This document shows, one piece after another, positions 22,563 through 36,999 of a stretch of DNA of 64,000 bases. Source of the stretch: Trypanosoma brucei (Eukaryota). Below the pieces are notes generated by a model. It made no database searches, had not been told where the DNA came from, and was given only the letters and a program-made list of their open reading frames with translations. Numbering within the stretch: the stretch's first letter is position 1; each line of letters opens with the position of its first letter. A program made the translations under genes and the position numbers. The DNA lies in the NCBI GenBank assembly GCA_000002445.1, contig CP000069.1, positions 1,536,001 to 1,600,000 of the forward strand, written 5' to 3'.

Positions 22563-24217
22563 TTTCTTTCTCTTGTTTCTCTGTAATGCTTAGGGGCTGT
22601 TACTATAGTAAAATGTGAACAGTGTTGTTTGCAGATTGAGCACTTCTTTTTCTCCGTCTGCTGTACCGCAAATGAGTTGCTAGTTCCGTGGCCGGTCCTG
22701 CCTCGGCCAGGTGGAACGATGCTGCCGTTTAGCGGAAGCTGCTAGGAACTAACGTTTATTTTTTTACCAAACCCGTTTGCTGCACTGATAAGATTAAAGA
22801 AGAGCCAATTTAACCATATATTACGTTATCCACTAAAAACGTTTAGGGTATTTCCCCCAAATTTAGGTTTTTAATCCTTTTCGATATCAATTTAAAAAAC
22901 GTATTTTTTGTTTCCACAAATTTCCAAATGATGTTGTTTCTGTTGGATTTCATATAAATGGAGATAAATACCTGACACATTAGAATCTGTAAATTATGAC
23001 TTTAAATAGCTGTATTTTTCATATGTTCAACTTATGAAAAAGTTGATTAACTGTGGAAAACCATGATCACTATAACCTAAGGGTTTAACCAGAATTTTCG
23101 AAAATATTGCACTTTTACTTCTTACTCTATATTGGTCTATATATACAGAATTTATTCGCCTTATTCACACTTTCAGTACTTTAGTCCTTGAAAATAACGA
23201 GCATATTTCTAGACCTGAAAATTTTAAGCTTATGTTTTTGAGTGCTTTTATTTTGTGATAATTCTCTAATATGTGCTGGCGAAATAACCAGTTAGCACCA
23301 CTTTTCATCGTGGTGGCGGTTATGCTCCGATCTATTGTATTTAATCTGGCTGTTTGGGTTTTAGCTTCCTTGTACGCTGCTATTTTTAAATTACCCACAT
23401 TAAATAAGGTTTACTCTGGGTCTTAATACTTAGCGCTGAATCACTAAACTTCGTTAATTTCTCATCTGCATACCATTGTTAAACTGATGCATTTGTGCTG
23501 TTAATTGTTGACTTCTTAAAGATGCTCCACATCTTTATCTGTGTGTTATTTCATGATGGCTACACATTATTTTTTTGCTTTTCACAGTAATCCATTAGTG
23601 GACGTAGATTTAAAATAATTCTCACAATAATATGATATTGTTTCCCACAAATACTGTCCACTATCACTATTTCTCCTGAAAATGGCTTCGACATTACTTT
23701 ACACTTACCCAATCTATTCTTACTGTTGTTCTTTTGTTTGCTCTCGTTCACAGCTGAATATTTGGTTCCGCCATAAGATAAAATAGCACACTACTCATTA
23801 TCTCTGCAATTTCTTCTATCTACTTTTAATTGAAATACTGTGCAGCATTTCTTTCTGTATCGTTTATTTATGTAATGACATTTACCTGTCGTTGTAACCT
23901 ACATTTTTTCACTTTCGTTTTCTATCACTGCTTCCGTGTATCGTAGAAATTGTATTTTACCTGTGCATTGTAGTTTGTTTTTGACTAATTTCCAGCGAAA
24001 TATTCTTCTTGTTCTTCTCTTTTAAGGTGGTTCCTGCAATAGTTTTCTTTTAAACAGTGCATATTGCATCTCCCGTTCTGTTTCTTTGCATTCTCTCACT
24101 ATTACTTATGTATCTTTTTCATATTCGCTTCGCCAGTCATTCCCATACACTCACTGCCCCCTGAAGCTCTTTTCAGTCCCTTCGTCTGCCTTGTCCATTT
24201 GGTTATCGGTGTCGTTC

Positions 24218-24360
24218 TTATTATAACATTCGTATACACACACTCACAACCCTCTCCTATCATTATTATTATTATCATTATTATTTTACTGCTTTTATTA
24301 TAATATTAGTATATACGCATTTATAACAATCTCCTTTCATTATCATAGCTTTTATTATGG
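24218..24360 (-). repeat. 70-bp repeat block (2 units)
   Basis: Two cores: 'cattcgtatacacacactcacaaccctctcctatcattattattattatca' and 'attagtatatacgcatttataacaatctcctttcattatca'. Confidence 0.8.
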
Positions 24361-24559
24361 CAACGTTTCATAATATCTCTGATTTTTCGTACCCTATCTT
24401 AATGCTATGTTGCACTCGTATACTAATGTCATACAAAATTTAACAAAGTTTACATATTTTCAAATTTTCATCTGAAAGTATTAAAATATATTAATCTTTA
24501 GAAAATTTCCATAATTTGATAAAATTGAGTACCAATTCTTAGAATTCTATAATCGTAAA

Positions 24560-26180
24560 ATGCTAATAGCCTCAAAAAAGCTGCAGCCATCAGAGTGAAC
24601 TTCTTATTGACAAGAAAACTGTAATCTTTGCAAGTTTCACCCTCCTATTTTCAGCCATCTCCACATTCTTTCTCCGCTTTACCTTTGCATTTCTCTTCTT
24701 TCTTTTCTTCCGCCTTAGCTCCCTCTTTAACTTTGCACTTTCCATCTTTGTATTCGCATCCATCCTCATCTTTGCACTCCCCCTGTGGTTTGCCCTTGCA
24801 TTTTCCTTCTGCTATTTTGGTGGGACATGAGGAGCCTGCTTGCTTTTTCTCCTTTTCTTCCTGTTCCTCAACAAAGTGCCGAAAAGTGTAATAGGTTGCA
24901 GCATATGCGATTTTTTGTGGTGATGTTATTGTTTTTAGCTGTCTGTCGCCATTTCCTCCGACAGCGGCTTTAGGTTGTGTCAGGTTGTCAAGCGACTTTC
25001 CTACAGTGTTTGTAATTTCGTCTCCATTTTCACCGATGACTTCCTTTAGTAAGTTATCTACTTTGGCTTTAGTCTCTTGGTTGCTGTACTTGGCCGTTTC
25101 ACCTTCTATCGCTGTCGCTATTTTTTCCTTGAGAGTGCTACTTGTTATTACCGTTTTTAAGTCCAGGTTTATTTTTAGCTGGCTAAGCTCAGAGATTACC
25201 TTTTCTAGGGGTGGTATGTTTTTTAGCTCTGCCGCAATGGTTTTGGCGCTCGGTATGGCCGTGCTCCCTGTGGATGCTGTATACTCTTCCTGGCTCCCGT
25301 ATGTTTTGCGCGTTAGTGCAAGTGTTTCTTCAACGAATAGTTTGCCGCTCACTACCGCTAGTTTGGTGGTTTGGCCACTCGTGCAGGCGTTGCTGGCTGT
25401 GTGTTTGCCTGTGGCCGCCGCATGTGCGCACACCGTGAGTACTGAGTCAACTCCAGCGTTGGTTACAGTTGCCGTTTTTAAGCCGATTAATACGATTGAG
25501 TTCGTTCTTGTGCTGTCTGCCGTCGGTGGTGTTGCATCAATGTCTCTGGCGGTCGCATCCCGCGTGCAAGCCGCGTTTTCGTTGATTTTCGTCGTCGGCT
25601 GGATCTTCTGGTAGTTTCCGCCGGTGAAGTCGGTCGCTGCAGTTACATAGTCTGGTAACTCAATGGCGGCAGTCACGAGCTCCGCCACAGCTTCCATTTG
25701 CCCGCTAAGTTTGTAAGCTGCTCTCGACGCAGCGTAGATCGTCTGACGGTGCTTATTTACTTTATTTTGTAATTCAGCGACTGAGGTTATTAACCTCTTG
25801 GACAGAAGATCGGCGACAAGCTTTGTGGCGCCTTGTGTTGCTTGAGTTACTATCTGTAGCTTAGCCGCTGTATCAGCTGCTGCAGCGCTCTGCTGTGCTT
25901 CTGTTGTTAATATGGCCAGAGTGTTGTCTGCCAATTCCTTTAGATAATCTGCCGTATGTCAGGGTTTTTTTGCTGCCGCCTTCAGTGGGTGCAGAGTAAG
26001 GGAGCAGACTGCATTTGTTGCTGCGAATAGAGCTAATAGAAGGTATACTCTTCCATGCGATAGCGGTAAAGGTACATGTGCCAACTTTACTGTTAAAGTC
26101 CGTCGGAAGTTCTGGCCGTTTCGGGTTTGCTGGTGCATCGCTACCTTCTTTTGTTTTTTGAGAGATTTATTGCTCTTCAA
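24560..26180 (-). pseudogene. VSG pseudogene (N-terminal frameshift plus two nonsense codons before the GPI block)
   Basis: ORF 25959-26180 carries the signal peptide ('...VYLLLALFAATNAVCS...') in a different frame from ORF 24651-25934. The 427-aa ORF ends '...CGDG*K*' and the frame then continues 'EGETCKDYSFLVNKKFTLMAAAFLRLLAF'. The codons are 'ggc tga aaa tag gag', where paralogues have C-K-W-E. Confidence 0.8.
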
Positions 26181-27357
26181 GGTGCGAAAAGTGGGAAATT
26201 GTACGCCATATGATTAAAAGTTGTTTTAAAGAAAAATAGGACTCAGTCAAGCCAAAATTGTCCACTTTAAAAAAACTTTTATAATTGTCCGTATATATAT
26301 CAAACAGTTAAGATTTGTTTTTTTTGCTTCTAATGTACCACAATTCCTTTGTTCTGATGCACATTAAATGAAGATATAACGCCGGTGTTTTCGGCTCACA
26401 CGTTGATCTTTTCATTTTTCACAATAACATTGGCTTACTGTAGACCTCTTTTGTTTTTTCCTTGGAAATTAATATACTGGTTTCAAAGTTTTTCCTGAAG
26501 TTTCTTAATGCATTCCGTCACTGCCGCGTCAGTGCGTATTCTTCTGGGAATTAACTGTTTCCTGAAATCCCTTAATGTGTGGACCGTTTAGCAATACGAA
26601 ATGGGAAGAGTATCATTACAATTTTTTGTAGTTTATAGAATCCCTCTATCGCATCATATACGTTGAATTTCAAGCAGTTTCCACCTTTTGTTTTTTCGTT
26701 CGCTGTTAAAAGTAGTATATTATTGTTCCCGGTTTTAAATTCCTATCTACATAACATTATATTGTTGCCGAAAAATGTTACTCAATATTAATGTATTTGT
26801 TAAGAAGAGGCCTTTGACATTATATAAAATTACCCAGTATATCACCATCTTTTGCTCTTTACATCTAGACATTAGGATCGGTAATCAGAGTAAAAACAAT
26901 AGTCACTACAATCTCTCGTGTAGTATTTATATTTTTTTAAATAAAAACAGTGCATCGTCGACAACTCCTCTTCCTTCTAAAATATTGTTTTCCCAAGTGT
27001 TGTAATGTCGCGTATCGTCTTGTTTTTTTTCATATTTTCTTCTTTTTCAATTAGTTTTCTATCGATGCTTCTGCATTTAACGTAGCAACAGTATTTTTTT
27101 TATGAGAGACTCTTTGCCTCCGCAATTGTCCACTTAATCATATCCTTGTATGATAATATCCTTCATCCTATCTGTGTTTAAAAATGCATATATTCCATCC
27201 CTCTCTCTCTCTCTTTCTCCCTCTTCATCTCTCTCTTTTTTTAATAAAAATTTCCTATGCTCGTCGATTACCACTCCAATTTACTCACTTATTAGAATTG
27301 CACCCTTGTTATTAATTAAGTATCTCTCTTCAGTGATTTCAGCGAGCTCACTACGCA

Positions 27358-27520
27358 TCTATTATAATATTAGTATATGCACACTCACAACATTCTCCTA
27401 TCGATATGATGATCATCATTATTATTTTTATTATTATTATTATCACTATTATTACTGCTATTATTATAATATTAGTATTTAAACATTCATAACGCTCACC
27501 TATTATTATTATTATCACTT
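27358..27520 (-). repeat. 70-bp repeat block (2-3 units with TTA tracts)
   Basis: 'attataatattagtatatgcacactcacaacattctcctatcgat...attattattattatcactattattactgctattattataatattagtatttaaacattcataacgctcacctattattattattatca'. Confidence 0.8.
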
Positions 27521-27671
27521 TCACAACAAAACAAATATACACAAGATAAACATAGTAAACAAAATAGATGATTTTCGTACCCTTTTACTACACTGCATTG
27601 CACCAGTAGGCAACTGTCAAACCTATATGTCATATTTTAAAAAATTTCAGATTGCGCAACGGCTTTACAAA

Positions 27672-27690
27672 AGTGTTGAAATATGTGATA
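27672..27690 (-). promoter_or_regulatory. VSG 3'UTR 16-mer (variant)
   Basis: + strand 'gtgttgaaatatgtgatat'. Confidence 0.45.
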
Positions 27691-27722
27691 TTTCAGAAAA
27701 TTGAAAAATTATCCTTATAATA

Positions 27723-29211
27723 TTAAAATGCTCCCAAACTCATAGGAGCAGCATCCATACTCAGAGCAAATTTTTTATTGACGAGAAAACTAGAGTATTT
27801 GCAAGTTTCGCCCTCCCATTTGCAACCATCTTTGCACTCCTCTTGATTTTTCTTTTCGGAGCATTTTTTGTCTTCGGTTTTTTGCTTGTCCTGCTTCCTT
27901 TGTCTCTGTAGTCCCTGATTTAGGTTTGCATTTTGTTTTCGTTTTGATCGTAAGTGCATGTGTCTCTGGGGCAGGTTCCGTTGTTGTCGTTATGTACACT
28001 ACATAGTGCTTGTGTTTCTTCTGCTATTTTTTGTTATCGCCACTTGAAGTCACAGGTATTGCAGTTTCCTGTACGTGCTTCAATAATATTTCTCGTTTCG
28101 TGAGTGCTTTTACTTGCCTTTCGATGGTTTGTATCTCGCTCTTTTGCTTTGCTAGCGCCATTTTGTACTTTTGTCTCTGCTCTAGTTTTGTTGCTATCGC
28201 GGCAAGGTCCTGCAACCATTTCACTTTGGCTTGCGGGTCCCCGCCGTTCTGTGCAGTGTTGGTAAGCTTTAGACATGCTGTATTGCTGTTGCCGTCGCAG
28301 TTGGTGTTCATGTGGCCGATGTAGGCATCGTTACCGATTGTTACGATCGCAGTTGCTGCTTCTGCCACAGCGGATCGTATTCTGGCCGCTGTCAAAGGCT
28401 GTGGGGTTACTTTTGGGAATGCAGCACGTATTGTAGTCCACTGTGACGCTTGGGGCAGTCCGCCCACTTCCCATTGTACGTTGCCGGTTCCGGAGTGAAT
28501 ACACGGTTCCTCGTTGCTCAGCGCCTGTGCGGTTCCGCACACACAAGCTACTGCGTGTGCTAGAGTTTTGCTTTCTTTCACTCTGCCGACGTTACCGCAG
28601 CTTGTTGCATAGTTGGCGGGCTGCTTGCCGGTCAGTGCCGTGTGCTCCAGATTCTTGCTAGCATCTTTACCTGCTCCGTAGATTGCTGAGTTTATGGCTG
28701 CAGTCAGCGCAGTGTGGTATGCTTCAGTCCGGTTTGCCCTATGAGACATGCAGTGCCTCCACCGCTGCATCTGCGTATGCTGCGACTTGTTGGCGTATTA
28801 ATTCCTTTTGCACAGCTGTCGCTGTCTCTAGGTTGTACGCTTTTAGGATGGCTGTCTCCCCGTTTGGTTTGTTCATCTCGGCTTCGAGGCGGTCCAGCGT
28901 GGCCACATGTTTTTCCAGTCCTCAGGTGTGCCTGGCGGTGGTGCTGCTATGGGTTCGATTTTGTTTTGTCCTGAACGAGTAACAAATTTGTCTCTCCACT
29001 CTTTCGGCGCGAGCGACATATTTAGTTTCAGCACCGTTGGCTCTCCATCGAAGCTGGTTTCTTCTTGTGGCTCGAATGTTATCGGGCTGTCGCCGAGCCT
29101 TAGTGCGTCGCACAACTTAGTCATGACTTCGACATTGCCTCCTTTGGGCGCTGCTGCCGCCTGTTTGAAGAGTATTGCTACAACAGTCACGTAAAAAAGC
29201 TGTTTTGGCAT
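27723..29211 (-). pseudogene. VSG pseudogene (type-B N-domain; at least 2 frameshifts)
   Basis: ORF 28873-29211 reads 'MPKQLFYVTVVAILFKQAAAAPKGG...' and is the signal peptide. ORF 28024-28770 is the N-domain. ORF 27723-27959 reads '...CKDGCKWEGETCKYSSFLVNKKFALSMDAAPMSLGAF' and is the C-terminus plus GPI signal. The three are colinear but in different frames. Confidence 0.8.
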
Positions 29212-29984
29212 TCTTCGGAGTACTAGTACAGCTCCTTTCTCTTCATGGAGAAAAAAAAGGTAGTTGTGCAGAGAAAAGTGTAGCTATATTTTAGTAGAAA
29301 GCTCCTCTTTTGCTTTCAGATGCGGAAATGGCTAAGGAATAATTTATTTTGTTACAGTCGCTGTCGTAAGCCCCCATTTCAATGTCCATTTCTTATCGAA
29401 ATTACAACCAAAGTAGCTCCTACTACATAGTTTCCTTCTGTGATTTCTATTTGCCTTTTCGTTACATAATCCGTATTCATTGCATTAACATTTTTCTATA
29501 GAATTTAGCGCTGCATATCATGATCCACCATCAGATTTAAAACCATATATTTCAGTATCTCAGCTGTTGCATCTTTTCTTCTCTTCGTGAAAAATGCTTG
29601 CTATTTCAGACTTTGTGTCGGATGCAAGCGTCTATGCAATTTCCCCTGTGACCGCCTTACACGTTCACTGCGTCCTTTTTTTAGTTGTAACGACTACACA
29701 TGGCGACCACACCGCCCCTCCTCTATACCTCATTCTACCCTCTATCACCACCTCTTGTGCGATGATGCTCATTTTAATACTTATGTTTGAACATACGCAT
29801 ATTCTGTTGTCCTCCTTGTCCCACTCTCTTTCTCCTTTACTTTTCTCGCAAAAATATTTCTCTCGCTCATTACTCCTCTCAGTCACTTACTCACTTCATA
29901 TCACTTTCTCCCTTGCTCCCATTTCACCATTTTCACTGTTTTCAGTGTTTCTTTTTTTCATCCATTTAGTTTGCACCACCAACC

Positions 29985-30045
29985 TTATTATAATATTAGT
30001 ATAGACACTCAAAACGCTGTTCTATTATTATCATTATCATTATAA
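29985..30045 (-). repeat. 70-bp repeat (1 unit)
   Basis: 'attataatattagtatagacactcaaaacgctgttctattattatcattatcattat'. Confidence 0.7.
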
Positions 30046-30221
30046 AAGTAACTAATACACATGAAATAAAAAATAAATTAGAATAGCACTCATTTTTCAT
30101 ACTCTATCACTCTGTTACTGAACACCTATATGCCAGTATCATGTACATTTTATAATTTTTTCAAATTTTTATGACTTTGGAATATTCAATAAATTGAAAA
30201 ATTTTATCAAAAAGTGTTAAA

Positions 30222-30238
30222 ATATATCAAGTTTCAAG
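30222..30238 (-). promoter_or_regulatory. VSG 3'UTR 16-mer
   Basis: + strand 'gtgttaaaatatatcaa'. Confidence 0.65.
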
Positions 30239-30339
30239 ATATTCTTTCGAAATATTATATGCTCATCAAGTTTTATAATTTTCATAAATTTTATCAATAA
30301 TTCGTAGATTTTATGATACTAAAGTGCTACCAAACTCAT

Positions 30340-31732
30340 AAAAGCAGTAGCAGCCGTAAGAGCCAGTTTTTATTTAAAAGAAAACTGGAATCCTTGCAAG
30401 CATTATTCTCAAATTTGCAGTTATTGTCCTTTTCGCAAGCTTGCTTGTTAGTGCCGTGTTTTGCACACTTCCCTTCGGTTTTCTCATCATTTCCTCTTGC
30501 TTTTTCTCCTTTTTTGCTGCTTCTTTTTTGGCTTTCTCAGTGAGCTTGCAAGTGCTGTCTTTCCATTCGCAACCGTTTGTGTTCCTGCAGTCTTCTTGTT
30601 CCTTTCCTTCACATTTTTGTGGCTCTGTTTTAGTTACTTCACAATCTTGTTTTGCACTTATCTTTGCCCCGAGATCACAAGCCGTTTTGTTCACCTTCAT
30701 CTGCTCTTTGAAAAAATATGCTCGAGTCCCTTCAATACCTTTGGCTTCGTGCACAGTGCGATATTTTTTAAGGTCTGCTTTTATCCTGTTTAAAGTTGGC
30801 ACGTCTATAGTCTGCTGTGTTGCCGGGTCCTTGGCTCCGAATGTTGCCACTTCAATTTTCAGTTTTTCAGGGTCAGCCTCTTCTAGGTCTGCTAGGTTTA
30901 GCATGACTTTTATTTCCTGTTGGAGAGATGTTAGTTGCGTATCAAATTTGCTAGCGGTGTGCACCGCGCCGAACGATTTTGCAGCTGCTGCCCACTTGTC
31001 TGCGCCACCGTTCCAAGTTGGTGCGCCGCCTACCGCTGCGCCCGTTGTGATCAGGCCGGCCAGATATGTTAGGGCTTGCGTGCCTCCTGTTGTCGCGCCG
31101 CTATGGTGGAGCATCACGCACGTTGTTGCTCCGCTGCTAACCGTGCTGGCGCCACTGCTTATGGCTTTGAATTTTTGTTCCACGTTTATTTCTGCCTTTT
31201 CTGCTGTTGTTTCTAAAGTTGCAGCCACGCTGCTGGGTACGTCGCAGCCGGGGTAAGTTGTTGCTTTCTTTTCTGCTGCATATGTTGTCCTTGTTGAGAC
31301 ACAGTCCAGATCGGTGCCGTCACCTGCTGTTAAAAATGATCGGGTACCTTCCGTTATCTGTCCTGCAAGGTATGCAGCGCTTGCTGATGCTTTGAGGGCG
31401 TTAATTGCTGCTTCTTGGAACGCTGTTGTCGCTGCTTCTGCTTTCTGTCGTGCCAGTCTTGCTATTAGCGTCGCTTCTTTTGCTGCCGTTGTTTTCTCAT
31501 TCACGACCATCGCTACAAGGTCCTGCTGTAAGTTTGTCAGCTTCTGCGTTGTGCCTTGGTGTGTTTCGAGTACATGGACAGCGTTTTTTGTTACAGCTTT
31601 TAGCTCAGCACTTAGGGCGCAAGGTTTAGTTAGTTCTGTGTTCAAAAGAGCTACGTGAGTAGCGGAAGCACTTATGGTTAAAGCTAGTAAAGCTAGAGCT
31701 TTTGTGGCTGGCAGTCCGCAGTTTGAGCACAT
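30340..31732 (-). pseudogene. VSG (type-A-like N-domain) with a C-terminal frameshift that separates the GPI signal
   Basis: ORF 30374-31798. The likely start is 'MCSNCGLPATKALALLALTISASATHVALL' at about 31732. The ORF ends '...RTITANLRIMLARIPVFF*'. The adjacent frame instead reads 'CKDSSFLLNKNWLLRLLLL*', which is the expected GPI signal. Confidence 0.75.
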
Positions 31733-32567
31733 TGCATTTGAGTTTGCTAAGGATCTGCGAGTGTTGTGCGTCGTTATGCCGCCAAGTTTCGTACTCATTG
31801 ACTTTCTTGGTTGTTGTTCGCTTTGTAGAGTCTGTGGCTCTCGAGTGCTGTGTGAATTTGGTAAATGTTGTGAAGCTTCCTTTCTGAAGGCGTGTAGGGA
31901 TGTATTACCATTGCAGCCACCGCGTTGCTACGGAATTATCTTAAATTTTGACTTTAAATTCTAATTAATATCAAGTTACAATATTCTGTTCTAAGTTCAG
32001 CTCTCAGCTATTAAATTTCCCTCTGTCCCCTCTGTTGTGTCGCTAAAATTAAAAACGAACGTGCATTCTGAACGAATATCACTCCACTTGTCTTTTCCGT
32101 TTAAGGTTTTCAGCCACCATCAGATTGAAAGATGGTTTCCACCAACTCCACAGTTTAGTCTTTTCATTTTTTGTGTGAAATAAGGTGCATCATTGGTCTT
32201 TCCTTATATATTCTTTTTTATGTCACGCGCTACGCCTTCGCACATTGCCGTTTTTTCTCTCTCTGTTTTCGCCCCAGCTCATCTGTCTTCTATCGTGTGC
32301 TTTACTGATAACGCAGCAAGTGTATTTGGACTATTCACTCCATATTTTTCAACCTCATTCTTCCCTCCACCATTTCCTTGTGTACGATAAATGCCCATCG
32401 TCATGCTTGGGTAAGAGAATTGGTGTATCATATCTCATACTCTACACCTTTCTTTACTTCTTTAATAATCTTTCTAGTGGCTAATCGTCTTTCTCACTAT
32501 CTAATTGTTTTTTCACGTTTTCACTGTCAACTTCTATTCTTCCCTTCAATTGACTCTTCAGCACCAC

Positions 32568-32650
32568 TTTTATTATCATATCAATATACACACACTCACA
32601 GCACCCCCTATCCTGATGATTATGATTATTATTATTTTTATTATTATTAA
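32568..32650 (-). repeat. 70-bp repeat (1-2 units)
   Basis: 'tatcaatatacacacactcacagcaccccctatcctgatgattatgattattattatttttattattatta'. Confidence 0.75.
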
Positions 32651-32869
32651 CGAAACTAATATCCATAAAATAGTCAACATAAATAAATAATTTTCACTGG
32701 AATAACACCAACTTTTCTTCACTGTTACCCTATCACTTTGCACCCACAGGAACCTTTAACACCAAATTTTCATATTTTTGAATAATTTCAAAATTTGTCA
32801 ATATTAAGCAAACTTCAAAAATTTAAGCAGAAATCTTGTGCTTAGAAAATTAATTATAGAACCAAAAAT

Positions 32870-34346
32870 GTGAGAAAAAGAGAATTCTTCATTACAGAAG
32901 ACTTGTTTCCTTTGGAGTTTGTATTTCCTGATTTCCCTACTTGGCTTTCTTTTTTTGCCTTTTTTGTTTTCCTTCTTCACTCAATGTGCACTTTGTTTTT
33001 GTTTTGTCATAAGTGCAACCAGTTTTTGCCTTTCATTCTTCAGCATCTTTTTCTGAATTACATTCCTCTTCGGCTTGTACTGTTTTTCCTTGTGTGCTTA
33101 GCTTTTCCGGCTTTTTTGTGGCAACTGGCATGGGGGATTCCGCAAGTTTGGCTGTCGCCAGGGTAGTGTATATGGCTTCTGCCTGCTTTTTGATCGCACA
33201 AAGTTGTCTGTTTGCCGCTTTCGCCGCTTCATCTGCTCTCTGTGCGTCTTGTAGTTTGCTCGCTGCTTCCTGTATTTTTAGTTCCCACTCGATGTTGATT
33301 GCTGTTCCAGCACCTGTGATTGCCGTTGCCTGCATGAGGTCTATGCACGCTATGCCGGCGGCTGTTTGGCAGTCTAACTGGCCTTTTTGTGTTCCGATAT
33401 AAATGCCCACGCCGGTGCCAGTTCCGAGAGTTCTGGTTCTTGCCAGGAACCTCTGCAAGGCTCCTAGTACCGCCTCCGGTGTTGGTGATAGTGTCTTGGC
33501 TTTCGTGCATGCCGTGTCTATCGTTTGATACGCCGCTTTAAGCGTATCTGCATTCCAGTCCGCCGGTGCCGGTGCGACAGTGCTTCCGCAGTGATCTTGT
33601 GTCGGTTGCCCGCCAGCGTTGCCCTTGGAGCATAGGCATAGCGCCGCTTGGCACAGCGCTTTGCCGACGTTGGGCAAGCCGCATGCTGTTTGTCTGTTCG
33701 TCGTACCCGGTGCGTCACACTTTGTCACCGGCGTCGTAGCTGGAGTTTCGGTGTTGTAAGCTGCTTTCTGCATTGCTTTTTTGAATTGCTCTGCTAGTGT
33801 GCTAGCTGCAACTGGGTAATTCTCGTCAAACGCAGTTCTGATTTCTGTTGCCTGTTGTGCTAGCGCTGCCACTGCTGCTGCTGCTGAGCGGCCTTGTGCT
33901 GACATTAGTTTATCCGCTGGGATCAGAAGTTGGCTTGGACGAGAGTCTTTGTTCTTTGTGTCGTGTGCGAGTTTTTGCCATTTTAACCAGTCGTCCTTGC
34001 ATTTTTCTGCTTTGTCAGTTGCTGGACATGCTGGTGCATCCGTCTTGTCTTTGATCTTGTCCGTTGGGAATGTACTTGTCCAGTCTGGATTCGCTAGCGT
34101 GATGTTGATTTGTTCTATTCGTGTTATCGTTGTGTCATCTATTGGTGTTATTGTCAGTTGAGGCGCTGATGCGTCAGCTGTTTTTATCAGCTCGCATATG
34201 TCGTTCAATTCAGCTAAATTTTTGGCCTCGGTGTTGACGGCTTCGACATTATGTGCACAGCATAGCCACACGACTATCGTTAACGGTAGAACTTCTTTGC
34301 ATCTTATGGAGACTAGTGGTTTGGAATATTGTTTCATATTTGACAT
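32870..34346 (-). pseudogene. VSG (type-B N-domain) with a premature TGA in the C-domain and a degenerate GPI tail
   Basis: ORF 33033-34346 reads 'MSNMKQYSKPLVSIRCKEVLPLTIVVWLCCAHNVEA...' and ends '...CNSEKDAEE*'. The frame continues 'KAKTGCTYDKTKTKCTLSEEGKQKRQKKKAK*...', so the TGA probably replaces a Cys TGC. The tail is scattered over frames. Confidence 0.75.
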
Positions 34347-36271
34347 TGAAAATTGTTGCTTTGTGCTTAAACCAGAAATTGGAGACTGTTGTTTGATGTT
34401 TTCTGTGATTGCAGCGCGCCGCCGAGTTTAGAGCTATCTTCTGATTATCTTGGTTTCTGAAGAATTGGGTGTTCTTTATGAAGTGCCAACATATAATGGG
34501 ATTTACAATTATATTGGTCTTTAGCTGGTAGACTATTAAGTACCTTTTGGTTGGATGGAGTTTCCGGCTTGTGATGAGGTTAAATTGAAAAAATGTATGC
34601 TGTGCGATAGGTTAGAAGCAGTTATCGCTTCTGGAGTCCGGTTTTTGTGGGCTGGAATATTATCCTTAAAATACCCTCTACTACCATTGCCCTCTGTCTC
34701 ATCTACTTACTCGATGCTTTCTATATCAAATAGCATCGTTATATTATTATTCCAGATTATAGGACTACAGTAGTATCATCCCCAGTTACCATGTCTCTCA
34801 GCAACACTCTAGCAACTAGTTTGGCTGTTTTACCCACCTATGATTGACTTCTTTGCAGTTTGTTGTTATTTGGCTGCATTAATATTTTCCTTTTCACTTG
34901 AAGATCAAGAGATATGGCTGAAGTAAATTTAGAAGTTGTTTCGCCTTCGTAGTTTGTGTCAGTTTTTTTGTATTTGCTGTGCCTTTATATGCTCTTGTTG
35001 TTTTGTGTAAAAAAATTTCTGTCATTCTTTTTATATGGCAGGCCTTTTAGCATAAAATCAATTTTTAACAGGTGATGCCTTGCTTTGTAATCCAAACTAT
35101 AAGTTATATACATTTATAATATTCCAAACCGCCCCTGGTGTCATTATCCAACACTTTCCCATATATACTCAGATATTCCAGGCAGGTGCTGCTACAAATC
35201 AATGAAAAATATTCTGTATCTAAAATTCACACCATTAAGCTGTTGCTCCATTCTATTTTTTTAATTTCATCTCTAACTTCCGTTGATGAAAAAACAGAGT
35301 AATGGTGGCGACATTTTTGATTACTGTCCCCCTGAAACACCCGGGTAAGATCCTACTGTTCTTTTCCTGCTTCCGTTTATAACTAAGAAATTTTGGTAGA
35401 AAAATCTTTTCCTCGGTGTCTCGCTTTGTTACACCGCTGTTGCCTGCGGGCTAGCGACTACATTTATAAATATTTCTTATTCCTGAAGTGGTTACAACGG
35501 TTTCCTTTACACCAATGGGGGAGAGGCTCATTGCCATTTGCAACATTATGTACTTCATATATTTTTTCTATTGATTCGCACACATATTATTTTAACAGGT
35601 CCCGCACTTTCATACTTATTATTTTTGCACTGTAATCCATCAGTACCCGTATTTTAAATATACTTCTGACGATAATCTCATGCTATTGTTGCCAACGAAT
35701 GCCACTTATTATTAACACATTTGATGAAAAATATATTTTTACATTACTTCACACTTGATCTATTCTTTCTTCTTGCCACGATTCTACTTTCGCAAAGCTA
35801 GACATCAGGGTCCACCATTATATAAAGCTACAGTTGCCATTATATTATCGGTGGCGTTTATTTATTTTTTCCTTGAGAGGTGGAGCGCAATATCCCCATG
35901 CATCGCTTTCTTTCAAGTTGTGTTGTCTACTCTTCAGTTATTTTCTGTCGTTTTTCTCTACTTTGTCTTCGTTGTCTATTACTGTTTTTTCAGATAATAT
36001 ACCAAATGCATCTGCTCCTGTACCCTACATTCTTTTCCTGCCTTATTGAAACTACATCGTCTCATTCTCTATGATTATGTCTGTCTTCATGATTGTATTT
36101 GTAACTAAGCATGTGAAACCACTCTTTTCCTTGGGGTTGTACCTTTTCTTTAAGAATATTCATTGTTTTTGCTCTGTATCTTTTTCTCACTCACTTACTC
36201 CCATTTCATCTCTTCCGTTGTTTCAACTGCTTCGATTTCACCTATCCATTCGTATTATGACTGTCTCCATC

Positions 36272-36745
<474 letters not shown>

Positions 36746-36999
36746 TTAACTAATATTCAATGAACAAAATAAACCAAATTAACAAATATAAGAACACCAA
36801 TCATTTTAAATACCGTATCACCCTATTACTTTAAGTCCACAATCCACTTTCATATACATCTTTCAAATTTTTATATTTTCTTTTTTTAAAAAATGATAAA
36901 CTATCAATTTTATCAAATTTAATATATTTCTCTCCATGTTAAAGTTTTTATAAAATTGAGAAGGTATTATTAAAATGATAAAATAGCACTAAACTCATA